A stretch of DNA of 62,766 nucleotides from Negaprion brevirostris (lineage: Eukaryota): NCBI GenBank assembly GCA_030324005.1, contig JARDVH010000157.1, forward strand, positions 14,874,977 to 14,937,742, read 5' to 3'. Position 1 is the first letter of the stretch, and each line of letters begins with the position of its first letter. Positions 40,231 to 53,125 of the stretch are shown here, piece by piece. The notes beneath the pieces are model-generated. The model was given only the letters and a program-made list of their open reading frames with translations, ran no database searches and was not told the origin of the DNA. Made by a program: the position numbers and the translations under genes.

Positions 40231-41239
40231 CTGTAGAACGAAAATAAAAGTTACATGTAAGCCATCATCAAATCAAGTCAACCTTTGAGATATAAGAGTT
40301 GAGATGGGAAGAATAAAAGAAACAGCTTTCATAAAACTTAAAATGCCATGAGTCTTAAATAATGTGAATTTTACAGCCCTTCGTGTGGGTTAAGAACACC
40401 CAAAGCGAAGGAAAACCCTGAACTTAAAACTGCAAATCATGTTAATTAAGTGTCCCGTTTGCATACCTTCCTCCTTCATTGATTCCTTGGTGAAATATAA
40501 GTCCATAAGTGCTAGTTGCCCTACAATATCTGTCAAGTCACCAGTCTTTGCCTACATAGCAGTGTCATTACCCTAAGCCTTTCCTCATTACGGATCCAGC
40601 CCAGTACAGGTAATGACCATGAGCAGGCACAATGAGCAATTCTGCTCTCATTCACCCAGTAAACAGGGGCAAATTCACACACCCCCTACTCCATCCCACA
40701 GCAAAGATCAACTAGCTCAGGAGAGACTAGGGATTGAACCTCATTGTCTGGGTCTTCATCTACATTTATCTGGATCAAATTATTTCTTCCCGCAATATTA
40801 TATGACAATCCGTCCACTGAGTATCCAGGAGAAGAACCAACATCCTCACCAACAATCTCCTCCATTAATGCTCAACAATTGTGTACAAGGAGCTATAAAA
40901 TAATAATTTTGGCATAACTGTGCTCAATTTAACCATCATTATGAAAGGGATGCTTGCATCACTGCTGCAANNNNNNNNNNNNNNNNNNNNNNNNNNNNNN
41001 NNNNNNNNNNNNNNNNNNNNNNNNNNNNNNNNNNNNNNNNNNNNNNNNNNNNNNNNNNNNNNNNNNNNNNATACTCTAAACAACTTGAAAGAAGCAACAA
41101 AAGAAATAGCAACAATAGAAAGCAGCACTGAAGCAAAATGGGAAATTTGAACAACAGGCAAAGTAATTAATGGAAACTGACAGCATTTTAACTGGTAACC
41201 CCAACAGAAAAGATAACAGCTATCATCATTACTGGTGTT

Positions 41240-41620
41240 ATGACAACTAGCACTATCTTGCCCCCAAGTCAGAAGGACTTGGGTTCAACTCTCATTCCAA
41301 AGATGTGAGCACAAATGTTAGCAGTGCAAACAGTGAGGGACTCCTGCGCGGGCAGAGGTGCCATCTTTTAGACGAGGTATTAAACCTTTGCCCAATCTGC
41401 TCCGTCGGGTGCACGTAAAGGATCCCATGCCTGTCCTCAAACCCCACTGAACTTCAAGGGAAACCAGGCTTGTTATTCTGACTTTACTAATCAATATGCA
41501 TCCTTCAGTGCTATGTACAAATTGACTGCCACATTACATCAGAAATGATTAGATTTCAAGAATACATGAGAGTCATAGGATCATGAAAGGTGCTCTGTAA
41601 ATGCAGCATTTTTCCATTTT
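41240..41620 (+). mobile_element. Deu-domain SINE
   Basis: agtcagaaggacttgggttcaa..gaggtgccatctttt..gtattaaacc..gtaaaggatcccatg. Confidence 0.65.
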
Positions 41621-41792
41621 TACTGCATATGGGGAAGAGGCAACCACCCAAAACTTCTGGATACATGACTAGAGGGCAGAACCCACTAATGCCTGAAGAC
41701 AGTTTCAAGCCCATATTCCTGACCTCAGCTAGGAATGTGACGAGGAGAGAGTCTATAAAAGACAAATAGGAGGGGTAGGGGGGAATTACCAC

Positions 41793-41885
41793 CTTTGTTT
41801 TTGTCAGCAAGGCTCCAAGTCCCCAGAATGTACCACCGCCTATCGAGCTTCCTCCAATCCGCTCAAATTGATCTTCTGACTCCAC
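41793..41885 (-). CDS. PANK4: PANK4 exon 5 ([31 protein letters not shown])
   Basis: Acceptor atgcag|, donor AAG|GTGGTA, 93 nt. An alternative donor lies 3 nt further on. Confidence 0.94.
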
Positions 41886-42047
41886 CTGCATGGATAACAG
41901 GAATTAAAATAAACACAGGTTGTTTTTCAGTTTGCTATTTCTAACCCACTTTGAGACACACAAGGCAATATAAACTGTTTTTTGTTAAGTATTACTGAAC
42001 CAGGTAGGAGCTGTTCTTTTTAAAAAAGCTTACTGCAGAAGCATAAA

Positions 42048-42320
42048 GTGAAAGTAAAGTTTATTAGTCACAAGTAAGACTTACATTAACACTGCAATGA
42101 AGTTACTGTGAAAATCCCTTAATCACCACACTCCGGCGTCTGTTCGGGTCATTGCATCTAACCAGCACATCTTTAAGACTGTGGGAGAAAACTGGAGCAC
42201 ACAGAAGAAATCCACACAGACACATGGAAAATGTGCAGACTCCACACAGTGACCCGAGCAGGGAATCGAACCTGGGTCCCTAGCACTGTGAAGCAGCAGT
42301 GCGAACCACTGTGCTGCCCT
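42048..42320 (-). mobile_element. V-SINE type B
   Basis: Reverse complement of the 33664 and 53899 copies. Confidence 0.85.
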
Positions 42321-42968
42321 ATGCATGATCTGCATCCATGCAGATCTGAATCTTAATTTGAGAAATCATCAATCTGTTTAGGATTTATATGTTGAAAAAA
42401 CAAATTAGTTGATCTCTGGCAGCACATCAGTTTGATGTCACAATTAGCTTTTGTGTCTCCAGAATGGGGGAAGGGATGAAATTCAAGGTTCCAAGTATTT
42501 GTAGCCCTATCTGGAAGCTGCACATACATTGGATGGAGGGCAGGACCGGGTTCAGCTGTGATGTTCTTGTCAATCAAATAGCTGGCTGACCCTTACTACA
42601 AGCTTACAAAATGTCAACCTTGATGAAATACTAGAAGGCTGCCAGCTCCTATTGGCTCCATTTCCAAATGACAGTCAGTACCTTGACCAGTCCAGGGTAG
42701 AAAATTAGGAGAAAAGTGAATATCAGCTTTAAAAGATCACAGCCACAATTCTATATCAATTACCTGTGTCAGTTCTGTTTTGAAAGCTAATGGAGAATAG
42801 ATAGCAATTAAGAGAAAAGAGACAAAGTACACAGCCGTATCCCTTTATAATATTGAAGTCTGATAATTTAATGGAATGCACCTTTTCAATCCTTTAAAGA
42901 GGCAAGGCCAGGAGTAAACGTGTGGCACTTTGCTAGTCACTGTGAGAGCCTGTACAGATTCTACTCAC

Positions 42969-43152
42969 CCGGACTATAGATACTCCTGACCCAATGTTCA
43001 CCAGTAGATAGGGGAAGATATCTGGGTGCGTTGTCTGAAAGCGGAATTCAGGGTCAGCATGCTTCACATACACAAAGGCCTCATGCGGGATATTTCGCAG
43101 CACAAAGTTGCAACCTTTGATTAAGCAAGTCATTTCATCTTCCTTATCCACT
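42969..43152 (-). CDS. PANK4: PANK4 exon 4 ([16 protein letters not shown]...[14 protein letters not shown])
   Basis: Acceptor tttgcag|, donor |GTGAGT, 184 nt. Confidence 0.96.
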
Positions 43153-43859
43153 CTGCAAAAAATTTGAAAGGAAAATCTGTCTCACTCATTTAGAAAGCCG
43201 AAGTAAAAAAAGTGTCACATCCATTGGGAACGGATTATACATACAAGACAAAGCATTAAACCATCTACGGGAAAGCTATGCAATCTGTCCCACCACAAAA
43301 GAAGCCAACTTAAAAAGAACCTGGAGGCTGAAATAGTGCACTGTCCCAAGTGTGTGAAGAGCATTGCACTAGCAAAACCAAAGAAACAATGTATTCTCTC
43401 CCAAAGTACAAACCGTACAACCTGACAAAGTACATGCAATTCTCCACCCCCCTGTGCAACCTCCCATCACATCCCATTGAATGTAACTCTCTCCATGCCT
43501 TTAAAACCCTCATCAAAACCTATCCTTTGTCCATTCCTTCCACCACTTCTCTGAAGCATTCCACCAGTGCTCACCGTCTTTTGGCCCCTGAGAAGCTCCT
43601 CCGTTCTTGTAGAAAGTTTTTGTGAATACTATAAAATCAAATTTATTTTAAAAAAATTAAAATGAAACATGTGCTCCTGGAATAGGATGCTTATATTTTC
43701 AGAATAAGGAATAATTGCTGGGCAGAAATGTGTACTACAGTCATTAACTCACTTAAAGGACAGAATCTTAAATATACACAATTTCCTTTTCTGTGTTTTT
43801 CNNNNNNNNNNNNNNNNNNNNNTAACAGACAGGAAAAGGGTTCATATCATATGGAGATG

Positions 43860-44465
43860 GATTTGACAGAGATACAGGACATGGTTTGGGATACTGGATT
43901 AATGGCATAGTGGGTACTGCAGATAGGAGCATAAAATTACTCAAGAGACATTGATGGATTGAGTGGGTAAGTAGATGAATTTCAACACCATGAAGTATGA
44001 AAAGTTAAAAAAAAAGTTTGTTTATTAGTACAAGGAAAGCTTACATTAAGGTTAAATGATAAAGAGTAAGGTTTTGCTACAACAAAGCACTGGCTGGACC
44101 AAATCAGGAGTACTATGATCAGTTCTGGTTACTACATCAGAGACAGGATATACTGATGTTGGAAACAGTTAGAACACAGATTCACCAGGTTATCAAGGCT
44201 CAAAGGGTAAATGAATGAGGAGAGATAACATAAACTAAGTTTGTGTCCCTTGGGATATAGACAGTTATGGGGTTTTAGTTAAGTTTTTTTTTATGATTTT
44301 GAACAGATATGAGAGAGTAGATAGAGAAAGCTTTATCTGCCACTAGGGTACTCTACATACGTAATCAACATTCAAGTATGGTAAATAGAACTGTGGAACA
44401 CTCTCACAAAAAGTTGCAGATGCAAACCCAATTAAAATTTGAAAGGGATTTTTGCTAGCCAAGGG
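43860..44465 (+). mobile_element. Old CR1 fragment
   Basis: Degenerate ORF2 C-terminal sequence, interrupted by a short SINE tail near 44010-44050. Confidence 0.6.
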
Positions 44466-44468
44466 CAA

Positions 44469-44540
44469 GCGATGGTGGTATAAAGATGAGCACAGCAGCC
44501 TTCCAAGCCGTTGAGCCGGGTTAGATTCCCGACCATCGCA
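44469..44540 (+). pseudogene. Degenerate tRNA-Gly(TCC) gene in intron 3, antisense to PANK4
   Basis: 72 nt, colinear with vertebrate tRNA-Gly-TCC. Acceptor stem GCGATGG/CCATCGC+A, anticodon TCC at 44502-44504. The D-loop GG and T-loop TTC are mutated. Confidence 0.85.
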
Positions 44541-46469
44541 TTGGTTTTTGCAGACATTTTGGTTTCTCAATCATGTTTTGTCATTCAATAAGACAATGAC
44601 TGATCTGTGACCTAAACTCCATATGACTGCCTTTGTCCCATATCCCTTAACACACTTGGTTAATAAAACTTTGCACATCAGTAAGATTATGATAGATCAC
44701 CGTATCTGAAAGGAGGCACCTGGGGAGATGGCAATGTAGGGTAATGTTACTGGGCTAAGTCCAGAGGCCCAGGCTAACATTCTGGGGACATGGGTTCAAA
44801 TCCCAACGCATAGGGTCATAAAACTTTACAACACAAAGAGGCCTTTGCCCCATCGTGTCTGTGCTGGCCATCAAGCACCTATCTATTCTAATCCCAAGTT
44901 CCAGCACTTGGTGTATAGCCTTGTATACTATAACTTTTCAAGTGCTCATCTAAGTGCTTCTTANNNNNNNNNNCTCCTGCCTCTACCACTCTTTCAGGTA
45001 GTGAGTTCCAGATTCTCACCACTTTGGGTGAGAAAGATTTTCCTCAAATTGCCTCAAAATCTCTTGACCCTTACCTTTAATTTAACACCTCTCCCCCCAA
45101 CATCTATCCTATCAATGTCCCTTACAATCTTGTACACCTCAATCATGTGTACCTCAGCCCTCTCCGCTCCAAGGAAAAGCCTCAGCCTAACAAGAAAATG
45201 GCAGNNNNNNNNNNTCAATTCAATTAATAAAAATCAGGAAGCGAAAGCTTGTCTCAGTAATTGCGATAAAACCCCATCCGATTTACTGATTCCCTTTAGG
45301 GGAGGAAATCAAGCATCCTTACCCAGCCTGCCTCTGCTATGAATCGAGTCACAGCAATGTGGTTGACTCTTAACTGCCCTGTGAAATGGCCTAGCAAGCC
45401 ACTTTGTTGGGCAGAAAATGTTAGCCTTACCAGCAACACCCACATCCCATGAAAGAAGAAAAAAAAATCTTTATTTTAGGACCAGCACCAGGGGAATAAC
45501 AATAACATCTAATTTCTTTAGGTTTTTCCCCATAACAGCCTAATATGACNNNNNNNNNNTTAATATTAATAAAATGCTTATGGCCTGATCAAATAAAGGA
45601 GCCTTGCTAAGAATTAAGCCCATCAAAATGACAGATTACATTTCTTTTGCATACTTGAGTTTAATATATAACTAATGTCCAACTAAATCATTAAAAGCTC
45701 TAACTAAATGCTAGCTACTATCGAAGCAAGGATCCGTAAAAGAGTTCAAGATGAATATGTTACAAAGTGTTTAGGTTTAGGTTTCTTTCCAAAGAGAAAA
45801 AATAATAAATTCACTTCAGGCACTAGGTCAATAACAAATTCCTATAATGCAGAAATAAAGAACATCTATATATTTGATTTATTTAACATCTTTCAAATCT
45901 TGCTAAAATTTGCTTTTCCAAACCCACACCAGTGGCATGAAACCATTCCAGTCCTGCTTCCCCTTTAGATTTCATACAGAGGGGGGAGGTTAATGTCACC
46001 TCCCTTGGCAAATTTGATGGTGGGGGGGGGCATTTAATCAGGTAGACACCCTGCCACCTTCCCGTTACTGCCTCAATAAATCTTTGGCAGGAGGGTCGTG
46101 GATGATCACATGGGAAGTCTGAAAAGCAAACACTGTTGGAGTTTCTTGCCGGTTTCCTGGAGAGGTCCTTATTCAAAGGCATTCAGTACTTGATTAAGGG
46201 ACCTGGCATTGGGAATGCTGAGTGACATTGCCCAGCTGCCGACTTCCCNNNNNNNNNNNNNNNNNNNNNNNNNNNNNNNNNNNNNNNNNNNNNNNNNNNN
46301 NNNNNNNNNNNNNNNNNNNNNNNNNNNNNNNNNNNNNNNNNNNNNNNNGGAAAGTGGAACTGATCCACTTCAGATCAGCCATGATCTTATTGAATGGCAG
46401 AGCAGGCTCGAAGGGCTAGATGGCCGACTCCTGCTCCTATTTCTTATGTTCTTATGTACTCTTTCAGTA

Positions 46470-46890
46470 AAGAACCGACTCTGACATCTGTCCTATATCT
46501 ATCACCCCTCAATTTAAAGCTATGTCCCCTCGTGCTAGCCATCTCCATCCGAGAAAGAAGGCTCTCACTGTCCACCCTATCTAATCCTCTGATCATCTTG
46601 TATGCCTCTATTAAGCCAATTTAACCTTCTTCTCGCTAACGAAACAGCCTCAAGCCCTCTAGCCTTTCCTCATAAGACCTTCCCACAATACCAGGCAACA
46701 TCCTGGTAAATCTCCTGTGACCCTTTCCAATGCTTCCACATCCTTCCTACACTACAGTGACCACAACTGTACACAATACTCCAAGTGCAGCCACACAAGA
46801 GTTTTGTACAGCTGCAACATGACCTCATGGCTCCGAACCTCAATTCCTCTACCAGTAAAAGCTAACACACTATATGCCTTCTTAACAACC
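46470..46890 (-). mobile_element. CR1 fragment
   Basis: Reverse complement of the LVRPHLEYCVQFWS and LSYEERL region. Confidence 0.8.
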
Positions 46891-47404
46891 CAATCACTTA
46901 GTTGCGGCCTGGATCTCTCAGTGATCCTGAGCCTCAGGTGGGTGCATTACCAACAATCACCATCACCTCTACAGTGCAGCTCTCAAGCTATAAAGAGCTG
47001 CTTGACTCTGGGGGGATCTCACTGCCGCCCAGTTAAGTATTTGACTGGCACTCAATGAAATGTGCCTTCCTGAAAAAGTGCCTTGCTGGATCTCCAGCCA
47101 ATGGGCAAAGTCCTTTTTACCCTCTTTGAATTCCGCCCATAACAACATAAATTTCTCCATTACACTTAAAGACAAAATGCATAAAGAAACAATGGCCATC
47201 ATTTGGAATATACATACACAGGAGTGAGTGATTGATAGAATGATAGGAGCATCTTAAATACCTGTGTATGAAATAAACTTGTGATTTGCTTAAAAACAAT
47301 TAGACTTTGTGGGTTCAAAGGAAATCCACTTCATAATTACAAACTATGCATTTCGCTCTAGAATAGTATCATAGAAAAAACATTCAGATCCAAAAGCATA
47401 CAAT

Positions 47405-47685
47405 CCTTAGCACTGCTGCGTCACAGCGCCAGGGACCCGGGTTCAATTCCCAGCTTGTGTCACTGTCCAGTGGAGTTTGCACATTCTGCCTGTGTCTGTG
47501 TGGTTTTCCTCCCACAGTCCAAAGACGTGCGGGTTAGGTGGATCGGACATGCTAAATTGCCCCTTAGTGTCTGGGGGACTAGCTAGGATGAATGCATGGG
47601 ATTACGGGGATAGGGCCTGGGTGGGATTGTCGTCGGTGCAGACTTGAATGGCCTTCTTCTGCACTGAAGACTTATAGAATTCTAT
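47405..47685 (+). mobile_element. HE1-like V-SINE
   Basis: Multi-copy similarity. Confidence 0.88.
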
Positions 47686-48179
47686 AGCAGTGACTAGTAA
47701 TAAAAAAAAGACACATTCAGCTGCACAATATACTAGTGGAACTCTGATACTATTGTTCACATTGAATCAGTGTTTTATATCAACAGAAGCTTTGCAGTAT
47801 GTAACACAGAATGTATTATTTGCTGCGTGTGACCTTATTCCTGTGTCCGATTATGGTTAAACAGTTGCTGAATGAGGTCACAAATTTAATAGTTCTTCAG
47901 GCTGTTGGTGAATGCTTGAGCGGAATGGCCTGGCTTGGATTCTCTTTTACTTAAAAGGTGCAATTCCCAAAATCAGGCAGACATGCTAGACATTCCAATT
48001 CGTGCGTTAATTTTCTTTAAACAGTGACAGCCAAAAAACCATTTAACACCATGACCCAGCAAACATCCTTCAGGCTCAGTTGAAGGATGTACTGCCTTGT
48101 AAACAAAGAATCATTATATCATGCAAAGAGTAATGCTTTACTCTCCCACCAGAGTGCAGATGTGCATCACTTTAAGTAG

Positions 48180-48545
48180 GAATTTTAAAATAATGAAGGT
48201 GCTTGATAGGGTAGATGTAGGAAAAATATTTCCACTGGTGAAACAGACTAAAACTAGAGCCCATTAATATAAAATAACTACCTACAAACCCAGAAATTCA
48301 GGAAAAACTCATTTTACCCAGAGAGTAGTTACAATGTAGAAATCTTTATCACACATAGTAGTTCAGGCGAATAGCATGGATGCATTTTTAGGGGAAGCGA
48401 AATTAGTACCTGAGGGTAAAAGGAATAGAAGGATAGGGTTAGATGTATTAGGGTGGGAGGCATTTCATGTGGAGCATAAACATTGGCATGATTCAATGAG
48501 TCAAATCACCTGTTTCCGTGCTGTACATTTTCTATATTATGTAAA
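48180..48545 (+). mobile_element. Old CR1 3' fragment
   Basis: FKIMKVLDRVDVGKIFPL remnant and 3' UTR. Similar tails near 14090-14240 and 30650-30830. Confidence 0.65.
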
Positions 48546-50646
48546 GTTTAAACACTACTAGTTACGTACTGCAAATGTAAAAAAAAAATCAATGAAAGAA
48601 GTTGCTGCTGTTTAGAGACTACTGCCAACGATTTACAGACTGTTGCCATCATAGTTCCAACATTTTGTGTTCCTGAAGAGTTCCTTTGTTTCTTCATACA
48701 TTCATTTGAGACTTATTTGAGGTAAGACACACAGAAAATGCATATTTGATATACCAGTTTTAACCTACCTGTCAATCTCCTATGACGTTGTACACAAGGT
48801 TATCCTTACCCAGTCTGCCCCATATCGACTCAATCCACAGCAATGTGGTTGACTTTTAACTGCCCTGTGAAATGGCCTAGCAAGCTGCTCGCTTCAAGGA
48901 CAAAAAGGGATGGGCACCAAATGTTGGCCTTACTTGCATCCCATGAAAGAAAAAGTATAACCGTCAGGTGAAGCAGTTATATTGTGGGGAAATCAGATTA
49001 AACATAATTCTATTCCTTTTTCAAAGTTGTACTGCTCTTTATATTTCCATTTCCAATTTCTACGTTCCCATTTACAATGGTATAGTAAATGACATAACGC
49101 AATTAACCCAATCATAAGTAGTGGTGCCTCAGCACAATTGTCAGGAGAGCGGTATTACAGCTGAATAAATTTGTTTAGATAATTTCCATTCTAAATACTA
49201 ACTTACGGCTTGAGTTGACTGGAAGTGCATGTAGATCAAACTTATTTTAAAAGGTAAATAAAAATACAAGAAATACTTGTAGTTGAATTTTTATCCTTGC
49301 GGCAGCGGGTAGCAGGATTTGGGAAATTTCACAGCTCAGTCCATTGGCCTCGGGAGAAAGTGCCCGCAAAGATGGGATCTTCTTTGTGGGGGGATAGTTG
49401 TGAGCTGAAGTTGAGCTAGGTGACTTGGGAAAGAATTCAGATGCAGTCACAGGGATTGCCAGGAGCTATTTAAAAGGCCCACCTCAATGCTGTGGGACTT
49501 CATCCCAATTATAATGAGAAAGGTCCTCTGACCCTCAACCCTCCAAACACTGCTACTTAATCCCTCAACCCGCTTCCCATGGCCCTCATGTCTGATGCAA
49601 GGTATGGTACCACCTATCCACTATGGCTCCTCACTCCAATGCACAAACTCCCACATACCTCCCATGACTCATGCCAATGTAGGACCTGCACACACCCCCG
49701 GCTCCTCATGCCCTTCCACGTCAAGCTATGGGAATTACAAGCCCATTCATCCACTATACACTCAATAGAACCAATGAACTCCATCGTGATAGCAGGTGTA
49801 AAGAAACAGTTGTGAATATTCGGTCACTGATAACTTCTTATTTTCTTTAAAAAAATACTCCTTTTTATTATGAGCCATTAAAAGTGTCAATCATCCAGAC
49901 CTGTTAAAGTATCAATGGTACAAACTGGCTATTTGAAATCTCTTCACCCTGTGTAAATAAACATTGTGCAACTGACAGCATAGATCAGAGAGCTAGAGCC
50001 ATCAATCATACATTGTTTTCCCTGGGGCTCAGGTGTTTCAACAGGACAGTGGATTTCTAGGCACTCAGCTAAACCTCAATGTATCCATTAGACATCCAGC
50101 AGACCATAACGCAGCAAAATCATGTAATTTATAACTGACAGTTTCAAAGGTGACGTTTATCACCTGTCTAAAAGAGAGCACTTACCAACAAATATATGAT
50201 TTACATCCCAATTTAAAAAATAACAATTTTAGTGTGCATAATCCCAAGTACTAAACAGAAATGAAGTAAAGAATTTGCATTTGAACAGCACATTTCATGA
50301 TTTCAAAATATCCCAATGGTCTTCACAGCCAACAATGCAATTTTGGATTAAGGATGGTCAATTTTATAATGTACAAAATGTAGCAGCTAATTTACACACA
50401 AGATTCCACAAATATAGATAAGAGCCAGATGCTCTGTCACAGGAAAGAAAGATTTGTTTAATGAGTGTGTGGTTCAACGTACCGTCACCGATTTCATTTG
50501 TTCTCACCAAAACTTTTCAAATTTATTCTTTCACAGGACATGGATGTTGCCCATTCCTAACTTGTTTTTAAAATTAGTGGCCATTTAGGTTGGACAGTTG
50601 AGAAAAAAAACCTCATTGCTGTGGGTCTGGAGTCACACGTAGTCAT

Positions 50647-50793
50647 GATGTGGAGATGCTGGCGTTGGACTGGAATCCTGAATTCTGAAATCCCACTCAC
50701 CTGATGAAGGAGCAGCCCTTCGAAAGCTAGTGGCTTTTGCTACCAAATAAACCTGTTGGACTTTAACCTGATGTTGTGAGACTTCTTACTGTG
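50647..50793. mobile_element. Penelope-like terminal-repeat fragment with internal inversion, inserted in a SINE
   Basis: Shares sequence with 60883-61091 and 7860-7931 (first 27 nt same orientation, remainder inverted). Flanked by a direct repeat gtcacaYgtag (50632-50642 and 50793-50803). Carries the hammerhead core. Confidence 0.65.
50698..50732 (+). ncRNA. Minimal type I hammerhead ribozyme motif within a Penelope-like fragment
   Basis: CAC-CTGATGA-A-GGAG(CAGCC)CTTC-GAA-AGCT-A-GTG: intact core, stem I CAC/GTG, stem II GGAG/CTTC, palindromic stem III AGCT, cleavage triplet CUA. Confidence 0.7.
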
Positions 50794-50983
50794 TCACATG
50801 TAGGCCAGACCAAGTAAGGCTGACAGATTTCCTTCCCTAAAGGACATTAGTGAACCAGATTTTTTTTTACAACAATTGTTTTATGGTCACCATTACTGAG
50901 TTTACTGGTATAGATGATTGGATTACTAGTCCAGTAACATTACCACTGCACCACCCCTCCCCCTCAAGCACTCACTTACTTAC

Positions 50984-51192
50984 TTTAGTCCCAGCTTCTT
51001 CTCAATCAGGTTCTTAAACTTGTGAGCACCACCTCCTGTGGCTTTAATCACTTTGGTCTCTGTGTTCACCAGATGGGCTTTGATGAAGTCCAGACATGTT
51101 TCTATATAAGCATTTTCAAATTTGACAAAATGAAGTCGGGCTGTGATCTCTTCCTGAACAGAGATCTCGTATAATGGTTCATCATCAGGAAC
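50984..51192 (-). CDS. PANK4: PANK4 exon 3 ([22 protein letters not shown]...[20 protein letters not shown])
   Basis: Acceptor tttctaag|, donor AA|GTAAGT (phase 2), 209 nt. Contains the TGGGA motif. Confidence 0.94.
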
Positions 51193-52229
51193 CTTAGAAA
51201 AACACAAACAGAGCATCATAGTCTGAAATACAGGCTACGCAAAGGAAAAATTTCCAGGAGAAACATAACACAATTGAAACAACTAATATCTACCTCAATG
51301 GCATCCACTCTACTTGTCTCCAACGGATGCTCAGGTGTGTCCTATAAAGACTCAAAGTTTAAAATCAACCTTCCCAGTAAATACAAATGTCTTAAGAAGC
51401 TGGCAGTAATAAAGCTTGATGTTTTAGTTTAAGATGATTTCAGCAATGAAGTAATTCTGATAAGCGTTGCCCTATCCTAGCAGTATATGATTGATATCAA
51501 TCAGCAGGTAATAAAAGCACAAATAAGACTAAGCTGCTTGGATTTAGTGGACCAGGCTGTGAGGGCCTGGAAGCTACATTTTGGACTAAAAGTCATAGCT
51601 TGGATATCCATGTACGGCAAGATGGTTTTAAATGATCACCAAACAAAAAGTTCAAAATTTACACAAGATTCTAGTTATTTCATCAAAGCTGTCAGTTTTG
51701 GTTTTGATTTCCTATTCCTTGTTCATTTACTATTGTATCTGTCACAATAGCTGCCTAGAATGAAAAAATAGAAGGATTAAAAAAGGAACATCTCAAATGA
51801 ATTCTATTTAGCAGTCAATAATGTGAATCAGTTGACCTGCTTACCATCCACAGTGGGAACAAGTGCTTTTGGAAATAACTCTGTGGTGTGAGTTACAAAG
51901 ACACTACTTTGGACGATGTTCTTCTATTGCATGCGGTGATGCTTCTGAATGTAAGGTCAAGAACCACTTTCACCAAGTTTCACAGGTACGCAGATAACAA
52001 CCAGATCTAGCCCATCACCATCCCCCTCAAACCTCTCCGCTGCCTTTGTGTTGTCCGACATCCAATCCAGGAAGTGCTGCATTTAGAAACATAGAACCTA
52101 GGATTAGGAAGAGGCCATTTGGCCTTTCGAGCCTGCTCTGCCATTCATCATAATCATGGCTGATCATCTGAAACAATAGCCTAATCCTACTTTCTACCAA
52201 ACCAAAACCTGGAAGGCCAAAAGGCATCA

Positions 52230-53125
<896 letters not shown>

